Of a DNA stretch of 33,221 bases, positions 24,566 through 33,221 are shown piece after piece. This stretch comes from Minisyncoccota bacterium. Lineage in GTDB: Bacteria; Patescibacteriota; Minisyncoccia; UBA6257. The stretch lies in the NCBI GenBank assembly GCA_035360795.1, contig DAOSBJ010000005.1:1-33221 (forward strand), given 5' to 3'. The notes beneath the pieces were generated by a model, which did no database searches, was not told the DNA's origin, and saw only the letters and a program-made list of their open reading frames with translations. The position numbers and the translations under genes were made by a program. How positions within the stretch are numbered: the stretch's first letter is position 1; every line of letters starts with the position of its first letter.

Positions 24566-25675
24566 ATGAAAGATTATTATGAAATTTTAGGAGTGCCAAA
24601 AAACGCCTCTCAAGATGAAATTAAAAAGGCGTTTTATAAATTGGCTCATCAATATCATCCAGATAAAGGGGGAAACCCGGAAAAATTTAAAGAGATAAAC
24701 GAGGCTTATCAAGTTCTATCCAATCCGGAAAGAAGAGCCCAGTATGATAAATTTGGCAGAACCTTTGAAGGAGCAAGTGCTGGCGCTTCTCAGGGATTTG
24801 GGGGCTTTGATTGGTCTTCTTTTGATTTCGGAACGCCATTCGAATCTGATTTTTTTAACTTTAGCAAAGATTTTGATTTCTCAGATATTTTTGGCGATTT
24901 TTTTGGTAGCAGGCAAACTAACACTCGCGAAGCGTCAATGGAAGGGAAAGATTTAGAAGTCACCCAAGAAATAACCTTAGAAGAAGCGGCTTTTGGGGCA
25001 AAAAAGGAGGTTTCTTTTAAAACTTATGTGGTTTGCGACCATTGCAAAGGCAAAGGTTATGAGCCTGATTCAAAATTGAAAACCTGTCCGGTCTGCAAAG
25101 GCGAGGGAGTGGTGAGAGAATCAAGACGCACTATTTTGGGAGCCTTTACTCAGATTACTGACTGTCCAAAATGCAAAGGTCGTGGAAGAGTACCAGAAAG
25201 ACCCTGCCATATTTGCGGAGGAGACGGAAGACTTTATGATAAAAAGACAGTTTTGGTGGAAATTCCTCCGGGGGTGAGAAATAATGAAACAATTAAAATC
25301 AAAAGCGAAGGCGAGGCAGGAATTTTTGGCAGTAAAAGTGGCGACCTTTATTTGAAAATTAAAATTCTTCCTCATAAAATCTTTGAAAGAAAAGAAGATG
25401 ATTTGTTTATGGTTCTAAATATTTCTTTTCCAGAGGCTGCTTTAGGAGCAGAAAAAGAAATCGAAACCCTTGATAAGAAAAAAATTATTTTTAAAATTCC
25501 TCCTGGTACAGATTCTGGAGAAATATTTAGAATTAAAGGAAAGGGAATTAAACATTTTAATCGGCTAGGCGCTGGAGATTTGTTTATTAAGATTAAAGTT
25601 TCCACTCCAAAAAATCTCTCTAAAAAAGTAAAAGAATTGTTAGAGGAACTCAAAAAAGAACTTAATAATGACTAA
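24566..25675 (+). CDS. dnaJ: Molecular chaperone DnaJ (type I Hsp40)
   Basis: 369 aa with a J domain containing HPD, a G/F-rich linker and four CxxCxGxG zinc-finger repeats. Confidence 0.96.
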   Translation: MKDYYEILGVPKNASQDEIKKAFYKLAHQYHPDKGGNPEKFKEINEAYQVLSNPERRAQYDKFGRTFEGASAGASQGFGGFDWSSFDFGTPFESDFFNFSKDFDFSDIFGDFFGSRQTNTREASMEGKDLEVTQEITLEEAAFGAKKEVSFKTYVVCDHCKGKGYEPDSKLKTCPVCKGEGVVRESRRTILGAFTQITDCPKCKGRGRVPERPCHICGGDGRLYDKKTVLVEIPPGVRNNETIKIKSEGEAGIFGSKSGDLYLKIKILPHKIFERKEDDLFMVLNISFPEAALGAEKEIETLDKKKIIFKIPPGTDSGEIFRIKGKGIKHFNRLGAGDLFIKIKVSTPKNLSKKVKELLEELKKELNND

Positions 25676-27422
25676 AGAAAAGTTAAGTTTAAAGGAAGGC
25701 TTAAAGTTTGTTTTTGGGCATTTACCCTCTCGTTCTAAATTTTATTTAGGAGTTTCTGCAATTTTAATTTCAAGCGCTTTAAGCGCAGTGGTACCGTTTA
25801 TTTACGGCCGGCTTATTGATTTAGCCCTTAATGCTAATTCTTCTTTTTATTCTATTATAAGACTGATTGTCTTTTGGGTGAGTCTTTCTATTTTAGCCAA
25901 TTTGTTTGGAAAATATGGCGATAAAAAAAGTTATGAATTATCGATTGATTTAAGCAACAATCTGACAAGCGACCTATACAGTCATATTATTAATTTACCA
26001 ATTTCTTTTTACAAAGAAAAGAAAATTGGCGAAGTGAACAGAAAAATAGACCGCGGGGCCCAAAGCATGTACACGATTATTGAAGAGGTGCTTTTTTCTT
26101 TTCTTCCCGCTGTTTTGTCTTTTGTTATCGCTTTAATAATTCTTTTTTCTGTTGAATGGCGATTAGCTACTACCTTACTAATAATGTCAGGTGTTTTTGT
26201 TTTAATTACTTTGTATTACACAAAGCAAATATTAAAAACCCAAATTATTTTGCACCGGAAATATGAAAAATCTTTTGGCAGCATTTTTGACATTGTCAGA
26301 AATATTCCAATCGTAAAATACAATACCGCTGAAAATTTAGCGAAAAAAACTATTACCAAAGAATTAAACGAGGCTGGGAGAGTAGAAAAAAATTGGCGTT
26401 TTATTTGGCTTAAAATGGGTTTATGGCAAGGGATTGTAGATGTTTTAGGTTTTAGTAGCGTTTTTGGTTTTGGTATTCTAATGCTAAAGCAGGGCACTCT
26501 TACTGCCGGTTCTTTGGTAATGTTTATTGCCTATATTCCAATGCTTACTCGACCTTTGAACAATTTGGCTAGCCAATATCGTCAATTGAATTCTTCGCTT
26601 ATGGCTCTTGGCCGAGCACTGAAATTATATGATTATCATCCTGAAAAGGATATGCCGCAAAGTATAAAGATAGAAATTAAAGGTAAGGTGGAGTTTAAAA
26701 ATGTGTATTTTTATTATAAAAAAACAGTTCCTATTTTAAACAATATTTCTTTTGTCGCAGAACCAGGAGAAAAAGTAGCAATTGTTGGAGAAAGTGGAGT
26801 AGGAAAGACAACTCTTGTAGATTTGATTGGTCGCTATTATCACCCCCAAAAAGGAAAAATACTTATTGATGATATAGATATTAAAAAAATTAATTTAAAA
26901 AGTTTAAGAAAACAGATGGCAGTTGTGCCTCAAGAAGTGGCGTTGTTTAATGATACCATTAAACAAAATATTAGATACGGCCGTTTAAATGCTACTGAGA
27001 AAGAAATTATTGAGGCTGCTCAACTTGCTAATGCTTCCGAATTTATTGAAAAATTTCCACAAAAATACAACCAAGTCGTCGGCGAGAGAGGAATTAAACT
27101 CTCAACTGGTCAAAAACAAAGGATTGCCATCGCAAGAGCAATTTTAAGAAATCCAAAGATTTTAATTTTAGATGAAGCCACTTCTGCCTTAGATTCTGTT
27201 TCAGAAAGATTAGTTCAAGAAGGGTTGGAAAGATTAATGAAAGGGCGGACCTCTTTTATTATCGCTCACCGTTTATCAACAATTAAAAGCGCTGATAAAA
27301 TTATTGTGCTTAAAGAAGGAGAAATTGTGGAAATGGGAAAGCACGAAGATTTAGTTCAAAAGTTAGATGGTGTTTATCGTCAGTTCTGGGAAATCCAGAG
27401 CAGTCTTCAAAATCTCTCCTAA
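25668..27422 (+). CDS. ABC exporter, fused permease/ATPase (MsbA/MdlB-like)
   Basis: 584 aa. A 6-TM domain precedes a nucleotide-binding domain with Walker [10 protein letters not shown], signature LSTGQKQR and Walker [13 protein letters not shown]. The start overlaps the dnaJ stop by 8 nt. Confidence 0.9.
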   Translation: MTKEKLSLKEGLKFVFGHLPSRSKFYLGVSAILISSALSAVVPFIYGRLIDLALNANSSFYSIIRLIVFWVSLSILANLFGKYGDKKSYELSIDLSNNLTSDLYSHIINLPISFYKEKKIGEVNRKIDRGAQSMYTIIEEVLFSFLPAVLSFVIALIILFSVEWRLATTLLIMSGVFVLITLYYTKQILKTQIILHRKYEKSFGSIFDIVRNIPIVKYNTAENLAKKTITKELNEAGRVEKNWRFIWLKMGLWQGIVDVLGFSSVFGFGILMLKQGTLTAGSLVMFIAYIPMLTRPLNNLASQYRQLNSSLMALGRALKLYDYHPEKDMPQSIKIEIKGKVEFKNVYFYYKKTVPILNNISFVAEPGEKVAIVGESGVGKTTLVDLIGRYYHPQKGKILIDDIDIKKINLKSLRKQMAVVPQEVALFNDTIKQNIRYGRLNATEKEIIEAAQLANASEFIEKFPQKYNQVVGERGIKLSTGQKQRIAIARAILRNPKILILDEATSALDSVSERLVQEGLERLMKGRTSFIIAHRLSTIKSADKIIVLKEGEIVEMGKHEDLVQKLDGVYRQFWEIQSSLQNLS

Positions 27423-27565
27423 ATCTGGTAAAATAAAAAGAATAAAACTAAAAAGAATAAAACGATGATGTATTTACATTTGCTATTTGCTTCTTATTTT
27501 TAAAAAGTGCGTAATTTGTAACTCATAAATTTGTTTTTTATTAATGTTTAACCGTAAACAATACT

Positions 27566-28615
27566 ATGTCTAATTTAATTCTCACTATCGGAATTCTAAT
27601 TGTCGCTGCAATAGCAGGAGCAGTTTTTTTAATTAACAAAAGTCGAAAAAAACAACAACCAGCCGATGCGGCTTTGCTTTTAATTCAAAATCAAATTCAA
27701 GAAATTATCAGAACTTTAGACAATAAAATGAGCGAAACAAATAAAAGTATCGAAGAGCAGTTTTCAAAAAACATTGAAATTATAAAAGACATAACAGAAA
27801 AATTAACTAGATTAGATGAAACTAATAAACAAGTAGTAAATTTTGCTGACCAACTGAAAAAACTGGAAGATGTTCTGACTAATCCAAAACAGCGAGGAGT
27901 TTTAGGTGAATATTATTTAGAGACAGTTTTAAAAAATGTTTTGCCGCCTTCCACTTACCAAATGCAATATGAATTTAAAGACGGAACAAAAGTTGATGCG
28001 GTAATTTTTATAAGAAATAAAGTCATTCCGATTGATTCTAAGTTTTCGTTGGAAAATTATAATCGGATTTTAGAAGCAACTTCTGAGGAAGAGAAAAGAA
28101 GATTAGAAGAAACTTTTAAAAACGATTTGAAATTAAGAATTGAAGAAACCGCTAAATATATTAGACCAGAAGAGGGAACGATGGAGTTTGCTTTTATGTT
28201 TATTCCCTCTGAGGCAATTTATTATGATTTACTGGTTAATAAAATCGGCGCTGTTAAATCTAATACTCGGGATTTGATTCAATACGCGGCAGGCGAGAAA
28301 AAAGTGATTATTGTTTCTCCGACTTCTTTTTTGGCTTATCTTCAGACTGTGCTTCAAGGATTAAAAGCGTTAGAAATCGAAGAATCTGCCAAAGAAATCA
28401 AAAAAAGAGTAGAAGAATTAGCAAGACATCTGACTAGTTATGAGAGTTATATGCAGAAATTAGGTAATCATTTAGGCACCACCGTTTCAATGTACAATTC
28501 AGCTTATAAAGAATTAAGCAAGATTGATAAAGATGTTTATCGCATTTCCGGCAAAAAAATAGAAGTTGAACCAATAGAACTTCAAAAACCGGAAGAAGAA
28601 GTAGAAGAGGAATAG
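27566..28615 (+). CDS. rmuC: DNA recombination protein RmuC
   Basis: 349 aa with an N-terminal TM helix, a coiled coil and an RmuC-type C-terminal region (RGVLGEYYLE...FMFIPSEAIY). Confidence 0.85.
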   Translation: MSNLILTIGILIVAAIAGAVFLINKSRKKQQPADAALLLIQNQIQEIIRTLDNKMSETNKSIEEQFSKNIEIIKDITEKLTRLDETNKQVVNFADQLKKLEDVLTNPKQRGVLGEYYLETVLKNVLPPSTYQMQYEFKDGTKVDAVIFIRNKVIPIDSKFSLENYNRILEATSEEEKRRLEETFKNDLKLRIEETAKYIRPEEGTMEFAFMFIPSEAIYYDLLVNKIGAVKSNTRDLIQYAAGEKKVIIVSPTSFLAYLQTVLQGLKALEIEESAKEIKKRVEELARHLTSYESYMQKLGNHLGTTVSMYNSAYKELSKIDKDVYRISGKKIEVEPIELQKPEEEVEEE

Positions 28616-28776
28616 AACCGTATAGCTTGTAACGCATAACATATAACCCAAGACTCAAGAGTTATAAATTAAGAAATACATAGGAATACATAGAAATAGA
28701 TAGAAGTTAATGGTAAATTTGACGAGACTTTTTTATTTCTTAAATAATAAAATTCGTTTTATCTTTTTTGAGAGGC

Positions 28777-28804
28777 TTGACAAAATTTTTCTTGCGAGTA
28801 AAAT
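28777..28804 (+). promoter_or_regulatory. Sigma70-type promoter of groESL
   Basis: TTGACA (28777-28782), 16-nt spacer, TAAAAT (28799-28804). Confidence 0.65.
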
Positions 28805-28810
28805 ATTGTA

Positions 28811-28837
28811 TTAGCAATTAAGGTCGAGGAGTGCTAA
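28811..28837. promoter_or_regulatory. CIRCE operator at the groESL promoter
   Basis: TTAGCAATT-N9-GAGTGCTAA matches the consensus at 16 of 18 positions. It starts 7 nt downstream of the -10 box. Confidence 0.8.
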
Positions 28838-28866
28838 AAATAATAAATTTCTCCACAATAAAAACT

Positions 28867-29154
28867 ATGAACATTAAACCATTATCTAATCATATTTTTG
28901 TTGAGCCAATTAAAGAAGAAAAAACTTCCAAATCAGGGATAGTTATTCCTGATACAGCCGAAGAAAAACCGATGATGGGAAAAGTTTTGGCAGTTGGTCC
29001 AGGAAAAATGAATGAAGAAGGGAAAATTTTACCGCTTTCAGTGAAAGTGGGTGATAAAGTTTTGTTTACTAAATACGCGCCAACTGAAATTAAAATTGAT
29101 GATAAAGAATATTATGTGATAAGAGAAGATGATGTTATGGCAATCATTGAATAG
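28867..29154 (+). CDS. groES: Co-chaperonin GroES
   Basis: MNIKPLSNHIFVEP...GKVLAVGPG is GroES-like. The track start (GTG 28831) would lie inside CIRCE, so ATG 28867 is preferred. Confidence 0.95.
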   Translation: MNIKPLSNHIFVEPIKEEKTSKSGIVIPDTAEEKPMMGKVLAVGPGKMNEEGKILPLSVKVGDKVLFTKYAPTEIKIDDKEYYVIREDDVMAIIE

Positions 29155-29187
29155 ATAAAAAATAAAAAATAATAAATAATAAATAAT

Positions 29188-29280
29188 CAATTTAACAATT
29201 TACAATTCACAATTTACAATAAATTTTCAATGATTAAATGATTCAATGTAAATTCAATGAAAATTGTAAATTGAAAATTA
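29188..29280. repeat. AT-rich short tandem and inverted repeats in the groES-groEL spacer
   Basis: caattta-type heptamers occur about 4.5 times (29188-29223), followed by ttcaatg-type repeats. An 11-bp inverted repeat pairs caatttacaat (29210-29220) with attgtaaattg (29263-29273). Confidence 0.7.
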
Positions 29281-29281
29281 A

Positions 29282-30916
<1,635 letters not shown>

Positions 30917-30924
30917 AGAATTAT

Positions 30925-30952
30925 AAAACCTCTGGCTTTTACCAGAGGTTTT
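30925..30952 (+). terminator. Rho-independent terminator after groEL
   Basis: aaaacctctgg / ctttta / ccagaggtttt forms a perfect 11-bp stem ending in a T-run. Confidence 0.8.
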
Positions 30953-30953
30953 G

Positions 30954-30962
30954 TGATATAAT
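30954..30962 (+). promoter_or_regulatory. Extended -10 promoter (TGaTATAAT) for lemA-htpX
   Basis: TGnTATAAT lies immediately after the groEL terminator and about 50 nt upstream of lemA. Confidence 0.55.
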
Positions 30963-31012
30963 GGAGCAAGGTCGAAAACTAAATTCTAAATTTTAAATTA
31001 AAAAATTTAAAT

Positions 31013-31555
31013 ATGACTATTTTTTGGTTAATTTTAGTTGTTTTGCTTATTTGGGTGATAGGCACTTATAATTCTTTAATTAAAGGCAGAATTAGAGTGA
31101 GGGAGGCCTGGGCAGATATTGATGTTCAGTTAAAACGTCGATATGATTTAATTCCCAACATAATAGAAACAATCAAAGGTTATGCAACTCACGAAAAAGA
31201 GGTTTTGGAAAAAGTGACCGAAGCGCGGACAAGGGCAATGGCTTCCAAGGGTAAAGAAAAAATTGAAGCGGAGAACCAGTTAGGAGAAACTTTAAAGTCT
31301 CTTTTTGCGGTGGCGGAAAATTATCCTGAATTAAAAGCAAATCAAAATTTTTTGCAATTACAGCAAGAATTAGTTGACACCGAAGATAAAATTCAAGCCG
31401 CCAGAAGATTTTATAATGGTTTGGTGAGAGACTATAACATTAAAACTGAAGTTTTCCCTTCTAATATTATTGCCGCTATTTTTGGTTTTAAAAAAGAAGA
31501 ACTTTTTGAATTGAAAGAAGAAAAAGAAAAAGAAGCCCCGAAAGTGAGTTTTTAA
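31013..31555 (+). CDS. lemA: LemA family membrane protein
   Basis: 180 aa with an N-terminal TM helix and the LemA core (YNSLIKGRIRVREAWADIDVQLKRRYDLIPN). Confidence 0.9.
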   Translation: MTIFWLILVVLLIWVIGTYNSLIKGRIRVREAWADIDVQLKRRYDLIPNIIETIKGYATHEKEVLEKVTEARTRAMASKGKEKIEAENQLGETLKSLFAVAENYPELKANQNFLQLQQELVDTEDKIQAARRFYNGLVRDYNIKTEVFPSNIIAAIFGFKKEELFELKEEKEKEAPKVSF

Positions 31556-31584
31556 GAAATTAATTTTCAGGGTGAGTTGTTAAT

Positions 31585-32478
31585 ATGACTCTTTATACTT
31601 TTCGTTCTAAAAATATAACTAAGACGTGGTTTTTTATCAGTCTTTTTTTGGTTTTTATCATTTTTTTAGGCTGGCTTTTTGCTGAAATCTACGATAATTC
31701 AATAATTTTAATTATTGCTATTGCCATTGCCTTTGTTCAGAGTTTTTTGAGTTATTGGTATTCAGATAAAATAATTTTGGGTTTATATAAAGCAAAAGAA
31801 GTTAAAAAAGAAGATAATCCAGAACTTTATCGGATTGTGGAAAATCTTTCTATTGCCGCTGGTTTACCAATGCCAAAAATATATCTAATTAATGACCCTT
31901 CGCCTAATGCTTTTGCTACTGGTAGAAATCCTAGTCACAGTGTGGTTTGCGTTACCACTGGCCTCCTTGAAAAATTGGAAAAGTCAGAATTAGAAGGAGT
32001 AATTGCTCACGAATTGTCTCATATCGGCAATTATGATATTTTACTTGCTTCAGTGATTGTTATTTTAGCAGGAGTAGTTTCTCTTTTGGCAAGATGGTTT
32101 TTAAATGGTTCTCTTCCTCGCAAAAGCGAGAGTGAAGATAATGGCAATGTAAGGATAGTTATTCTTTTATTAGGTTTAATTTTTGCGATTTTAGCCCCAA
32201 TTTTTACCACTCTTTTAAGATTAGCAATTTCCAGAAAAAGAGAATTTTTGGCTGATGCTAATGCTGCTCTTTTAACTCGTTATCCAGAAGGATTGGCTCG
32301 AGCATTAGAAAAAATCAGTAGCGACCCCCAACCATTAAAAAATACTGATCAATCAACTGCCCATTTGTTTATTGCTGACCCTTTCAAAAAAAAGAAAGTC
32401 AGTTGGTTCGCGAAAATTCTAATGACTCATCCGCCGGTTGAAGAAAGGATTAAAATTTTAAGAGGGATGAGCGTTTAA
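31585..32478 (+). CDS. htpX: M48 family zinc metalloprotease HtpX
   Basis: 297 aa with 4 TM helices, the HEXXH motif (HELSHI) and a downstream EFLAD glutamate. Confidence 0.92.
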   Translation: MTLYTFRSKNITKTWFFISLFLVFIIFLGWLFAEIYDNSIILIIAIAIAFVQSFLSYWYSDKIILGLYKAKEVKKEDNPELYRIVENLSIAAGLPMPKIYLINDPSPNAFATGRNPSHSVVCVTTGLLEKLEKSELEGVIAHELSHIGNYDILLASVIVILAGVVSLLARWFLNGSLPRKSESEDNGNVRIVILLLGLIFAILAPIFTTLLRLAISRKREFLADANAALLTRYPEGLARALEKISSDPQPLKNTDQSTAHLFIADPFKKKKVSWFAKILMTHPPVEERIKILRGMSV

Positions 32479-32509
32479 GAAAATAAAATTTTCAAAGTTT
32501 TAAAATAGA

Positions 32510-32518
32510 TGTTATAAT
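32510..32518 (+). promoter_or_regulatory. Extended -10 promoter (TGtTATAAT)
   Basis: TGnTATAAT lies about 70 nt upstream of the 32588 ORF. Confidence 0.45.
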
Positions 32519-32587
32519 TAAAAAGGTCGATTCGCCTTGATTCAAATTAAAAAGGCGAAAAAAATTTAAAAAAATTAAAATAAATTT

Positions 32588-32965
32588 ATGGCAGAAGAAA
32601 TAAAACAGGAAGAGAAAAAAGAGAGTCCTAAAATGAACGAAAATAAACTTTGGGGAATTTTGAGTTATATCTCTATCCTTTGTTTAATTCCCTTGTTTAC
32701 TAAGAAAGATAATGATTTCGTTTACTTTCACGCAAAACAGGGTTTAGTACTGTTTATTGCAGAAATTATTTGGTATGTCATAACCAGTATTGTGAGTGCT
32801 CTGTTTTTGAAAAATATTGTGGCTCTTTCTATTTGGGGTGTAATTGCTACTTTAGTTAATCTTGGCTTGGTGATTTTAGCAATTTTGGGAATTATTAATG
32901 TTGTTCAGGATAAGAAGAAAGAATTGCCCTTGATTGGAAAATTTAGTGAAAAGATAAAGATTTAA
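32588..32965 (+). CDS. Small membrane protein, DUF4870-like
   Basis: 125 aa. The pattern [35 protein letters not shown] resembles DUF4870 proteins as I remember them. It has 3 TM helices. Confidence 0.5.
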   Translation: MAEEIKQEEKKESPKMNENKLWGILSYISILCLIPLFTKKDNDFVYFHAKQGLVLFIAEIIWYVITSIVSALFLKNIVALSIWGVIATLVNLGLVILAILGIINVVQDKKKELPLIGKFSEKIKI

Positions 32966-33022
32966 AAATAGCTCTCTCTTTCATAAACATAAAGAGGGAA
33001 TAAAAGGAGGAGTCGCATAGTT

Positions 33023-33044
33023 CCGCCTGCCTACCGGCAGGCGG
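33023..33044 (+). other. GC-rich hairpin (9-bp stem, 4-nt loop) in a locally GC-rich intergenic patch
   Basis: ccgcctgcc / tacc / ggcaggcgg. No T-run follows. CCGCCT/AGGCGG strings recur at 33053-33060 and 33115-33124. Confidence 0.6.
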
Positions 33045-33126
33045 ACAGGGGACTAGGCGGTTGATTGTTCTCGATTTATCTAAAATTTATTTAAATTTTA
33101 GTAATAAACGCAATCCCGCCTATAGC

Positions 33127-33216
33127 GGAAAGGTGGCTGAGCGGTCTAAAGCGCGCGCTTGGAGAGCGCGTGTCCTGGTAACGGGACCGTGGGTTCGAAT
33201 CCCACCCTTTCCGCCA
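33127..33216 (+). tRNA. tRNA-Ser (anticodon GGA), long variable arm, CCA encoded
   Basis: Acceptor ggaaagg/cctttcc, anticodon stem cgcgc/gcgcg with loop ttGGAga, variable arm tgtcctggtaacgggac, T arm gtggg-ttcgaat-cccac, then gCCA. Confidence 0.9.
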
Positions 33217-33221
33217 ATTTT

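Noticed and set aside
28675-28704. Approximate 10-nt tandem repeats (aaatacatagg / aatacataga / aatagataga) between rmuC and groES
   Set aside because: They are short, imperfect and AT-rich, with no associated structure or promoter geometry. This is probably slippage.
28831-28866. GTG-initiated 12-aa N-terminal extension of groES
   Set aside because: The extension would begin inside the CIRCE operator and adds non-GroES sequence. ATG 28867 gives the canonical MNIKPL start.
32531-32559. 8-bp hairpin (ttcgcctt...aaggcgaa) in the 5' UTR of the DUF4870-like gene
   Set aside because: The stem is short, the loop is 13 nt, and A residues rather than T residues follow it. That is not enough to call a terminator or riboswitch.

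Overview
Very AT-rich, tightly packed bacterial chromosomal segment made up almost entirely of housekeeping genes. The gene content and style (a DUF4012 protein, a short HrcA, overlapping genes, mostly Shine-Dalgarno-less starts, scattered single tRNAs) suggest a Patescibacteria/CPR-type genome; that placement is inference only.

Gene order:
- rnpB (RNase P RNA, minus strand)
- DUF4012 protein, murJ, lepA, ftsB-like gene, tRNA-Gly, rsmE
- mnmA (minus strand)
- tRNA-Thr, L10 leader, rplJ, rplL, tRNA-Val
- mraZ, rsmH, ftsL, ftsI
- tRNA-Glu, a 302-aa ORFan, a small membrane protein, rplU
- a minus-strand block: recR, dnaB, cysS, corA
- a heat-shock cluster: hrcA, grpE, dnaK, a membrane protein, dnaJ, an ABC exporter; then rmuC; then groES, groEL, lemA, htpX, a DUF4870 protein
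- tRNA-Ser

I saw no transposase, integrase, CRISPR array, phage genes or recognisable defence genes.

The observations most worth a second look are non-coding:
1. A roughly 68% G+C, 157-bp island bounded by perfect 18-bp inverted repeats lies just upstream of dnaJ. Its central hairpin matches the CIRCE/HrcA operator core (AGCACTC-N9-GAGTGCT).
2. The RNase P RNA is oversized and carries a perfect 19-bp helix insertion.
3. GTGG repeats phased at 10 bp lie upstream of mraZ. They look like a MraZ operator, and two of them are also perfect DnaA-box 9-mers.
4. The divergent corA/hrcA intergenic region holds a perfect 42-bp palindrome and three tandem 16-mers.
5. The two CIRCE operators at hrcA and groES share the same degenerate half-site, and the HrcA protein is unusually short.

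All coordinates were derived by hand from the printed sequence, and no database search was run.
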